Assembly (NCBI RefSeq): GCF_006345805.1
Contig: NW_021828405.1
Span: forward strand, 1 to 8,357
Source of the DNA: Octopus sinensis
Lineage: Eukaryota
DNA length: 8,357 bases
Reading direction: 5' to 3'
Shown: piece by piece, positions 6,465 to 8,357 of the stretch
Layout: each line of letters starts with the position of its first letter
Numbering within the stretch: the stretch's first letter is position 1
Made by a program: the position numbers and the translations under genes
The notes under the pieces: generated by a model
Seen by the model: the letters and a program-made list of their open reading frames with translations, nothing else
The model's database searches: none
What the model was told of the DNA's origin: nothing

Positions 6465-6868
6465 GGTCGATTATCGAAAATCATGAAGAAATTACAACAC
6501 GATTAATTTACTCAGATCTTAATGTAAATAATATTAATTATTGTAAACGGTAATTTCAAGCAGAAAAAGAACAAGAGGCTCCATGAGGGAAATTGTTTGC
6601 CGGAACCACGGCATTGCTAAATCTACTCCAGATTAACAATCGCTCCATCTTGTTGAATTAAAAACAATAATCTGTTTCTGCTTATTTTAATTGTAAAGTT
6701 TTATTTCCCCCAGAAAGTTCATCAGTCACTTAGCACTGGCAGGATAGGTTATTATTCTTTCAAAGTTCAATCGAGGTGTTCTGAATTGACATGACCTGCA
6801 CGTCTGACGACAAAGTCGTAGATATGAGTTCACAAAGCTTTTCAACTTTATATGTATATATATATATA

Positions 6869-7326
6869 GGTTTAAAAATTATATATAAAAAGGGACAAGA
6901 ACGTGAAATACACAAAGAGACGACACAAAAAAACGGACGGGTCATTCGAAGCCTTTAATCTTCAGTCAGGAACCGGATCATCATAGCAAATTTCGGCTGA
7001 TTAATCCTGATATTGCTCCGAAACGGCCAGCCCCAATGAAAAACTAAGCTGCGAGCATTAGATTTCTTGGAAAAAGGATCGAATGTAAACGAAACAAGGA
7101 CAGAAAAACGGACGAAGCCACACGAATATAAAGACAAAAAACAAAAATAAAATTAAAAACAAGAATGGTAATAACGGACAACAGCAGGTGTCTTACGACT
7201 TTAGACCAATTTAACTTATCTAGCAGGCGTGTTTTGAAAGAATGCCTTTTCGCGGCGACGAAGACAATGTTGAACCGGCAGCGGTCACCAGCGGAATGGC
7301 TAGTTGATCAGCAGGTCACGTGAGAG

Positions 7327-7327
<1 letters not shown>
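6869..7327. mobile_element. Unclassified ~460-bp interspersed repeat embedded in (TA)n
   Basis: CpG-containing, strongly A-skewed island with (TA)n on both sides and recurrent AAAAACGGACG (6929, 7104). No TIR, Pol III boxes or credible ORF recognised. Confidence 0.5.
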
Positions 7328-7360
<33 letters not shown>

Positions 7361-7407
7361 AGTGTGTGTATGTGTGTGTGTGTATGTGTGTGTGTGTGTG
7401 TGTGTGT
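7328..7407. repeat. (TA)n(TG)n microsatellite
   Basis: Directly visible. Confidence 0.96.
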
Positions 7408-7602
7408 AAAGCCAGTACATAAAAACACGCCTCTAATTCAACTGAGGGTTTGCTTAAAGATTATCCTTTAGCATAATATTTTACTTCTTCCCATTCAGAT
7501 ATTAACTGCTGCGCATTTATCTGCGCACATTCCTGAATAAACCCTAACGATGGCATAAAATCACCCACTCATATCTCGTTCCCTACATATAACCGACTTG
7601 CC

Positions 7603-7789
7603 GAAGACGCGTGGCTTAGTGGTTAGGGCATTCGGCTCAAGGTCGTAAGATCATGTGTTCGATTTCTGACAGCGCGTTGTGTCTCTTGACCAAAACACTT
7701 TATTTCACGTTGCTTGAGTCCATTGTGTCATGCTTAACCTCCGTGTAAACTACGTTTAAGGTATGCATGTCTATGAAGTACTCAGCCAC
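7603..7789 (+). mobile_element. Diverged, deleted copy of a second tRNA-derived SINE family
   Basis: A box TGGCTTAGTGG (7612-7622) and B box TGTTCGATTTC (7656-7666) at tRNA spacing, then TGTGTCTCTTGACCAAAACACTT, resembling the common SINE motif TGTGTCCTTGAGCAAGACACTT. Confidence 0.8.
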
Positions 7790-7813
7790 GTGTGTGTGTG
7801 TGTGTGAGCGTGC

Positions 7814-7843
<30 letters not shown>
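7790..7843. repeat. (TG)n/(TGCG)n microsatellite
   Basis: Directly visible. Confidence 0.96.
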
Positions 7844-7848
<5 letters not shown>

Positions 7849-7984
7849 AATTCACATATCCGTCGGCTGATGTATAGTCTTGTAGTTTCCCCGTTTTGTA
7901 GCTATTGGACAGTGGTCTTGCTTTAACACCGCCAATAATAATATGGTATAGTCTGTTATATCTATCGCAGATCTTTATATAAAC

Positions 7985-8086
7985 TGGCGGTAGAAGGATC
8001 AAAGGGCAAAAAGCACTTGGACAGGATGTGAACTCGGGACATAAAGAGAGCTTAGCTAAATACCGGAAAATATTTTGTTCGAAGCT
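7985..8086 (-). mobile_element. Highly diverged head fragment of a third SINE family
   Basis: Minus-strand B-box-like GAGTTCACATCC (8035-8024) followed by TTTTTGCCCTTTGATCCTTC, resembling an octopus SINE head as recalled. Confidence 0.5.
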
Positions 8087-8357
8087 CTCTGTCTCTGTCT
8101 CTCTCACACATACGCACACACGCATACACATACGCAGGTATATGATGTGAATACATATACACACACACATACAAACTCACAAGCATACACAAATATATGT
8201 ATACATACAAACTTATAAATGCGTGTTTTTGTGTTTGTGTGTGTATATATATATATTGTGTGTGTGTGTATAGCTAAATATATGCATGCATATATGATAT
8301 AATATATGCATATATATACATATAATATATTTATATATATATATATATATATATATA
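8086..8357. repeat. Compound (CT)/(CA)/(TG)/(TA) low-complexity tract to the window end
   Basis: Directly visible. Confidence 0.93.

Noticed and set aside
6704-6731. Minus-strand CTGATGA-ACTTTCTGGGG-GAAA (exact hammerhead core boxes)
   Set aside because: No partner strand found for stem I and only 3 bp of stem III in any topology I tried; stem II is mostly G-U. Likely chance.
6945-7020. Minus-strand CCGAAA...CTGAAGA as a permuted hammerhead
   Set aside because: Stems I-III cannot be closed adjacent to the core boxes in this copy.
7603-7675. Functional tRNA gene
   Set aside because: A and B boxes are present but acceptor and T stems do not close, and it continues into SINE body sequence.
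329-8170. ORF-track entries as protein-coding genes, including the 156-aa ORF 7700..8170
   Set aside because: They are translations of microsatellites (MYVC, YI, HT, CV, SL, poly-L) or lie inside SINEs and other repeats; no recognisable domain.

Overview
AT-rich, microsatellite-dense, non-coding eukaryotic DNA. The repeat families resemble those of Octopus/cephalopod genomes (recalled, not searched). No credible intact protein-coding gene; almost every ORF in the track is translated microsatellite or SINE. The window is a patchwork of mobile elements, most of them inside simple repeats: a 553-bp RTE-like non-autonomous element in (ATGT)n (494-1046); two near-full copies of a tRNA-derived SINE (2169-2588, 5976-6390); several older SINE fragments; a compound non-autonomous Helitron (3038-4731) with two 5' ends, a transposase-like fragment and a templated internal duplication; and a ~135-bp tandem array split by one SINE. 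The most notable signal is a cluster of short microsatellite-anchored elements at 1.1-2.2 kb with minus-strand hammerhead-ribozyme motifs: one near-complete minimal type I hammerhead (1766-1810), one 3' half (2005-2020) and one degenerate candidate (1146-1194). Two of these elements also carry end-anchored inverted repeats, resembling Penelope-like/retrozyme elements. A homeodomain-site cluster with a perfect TAATCCGATTA lies at 5158-5334.
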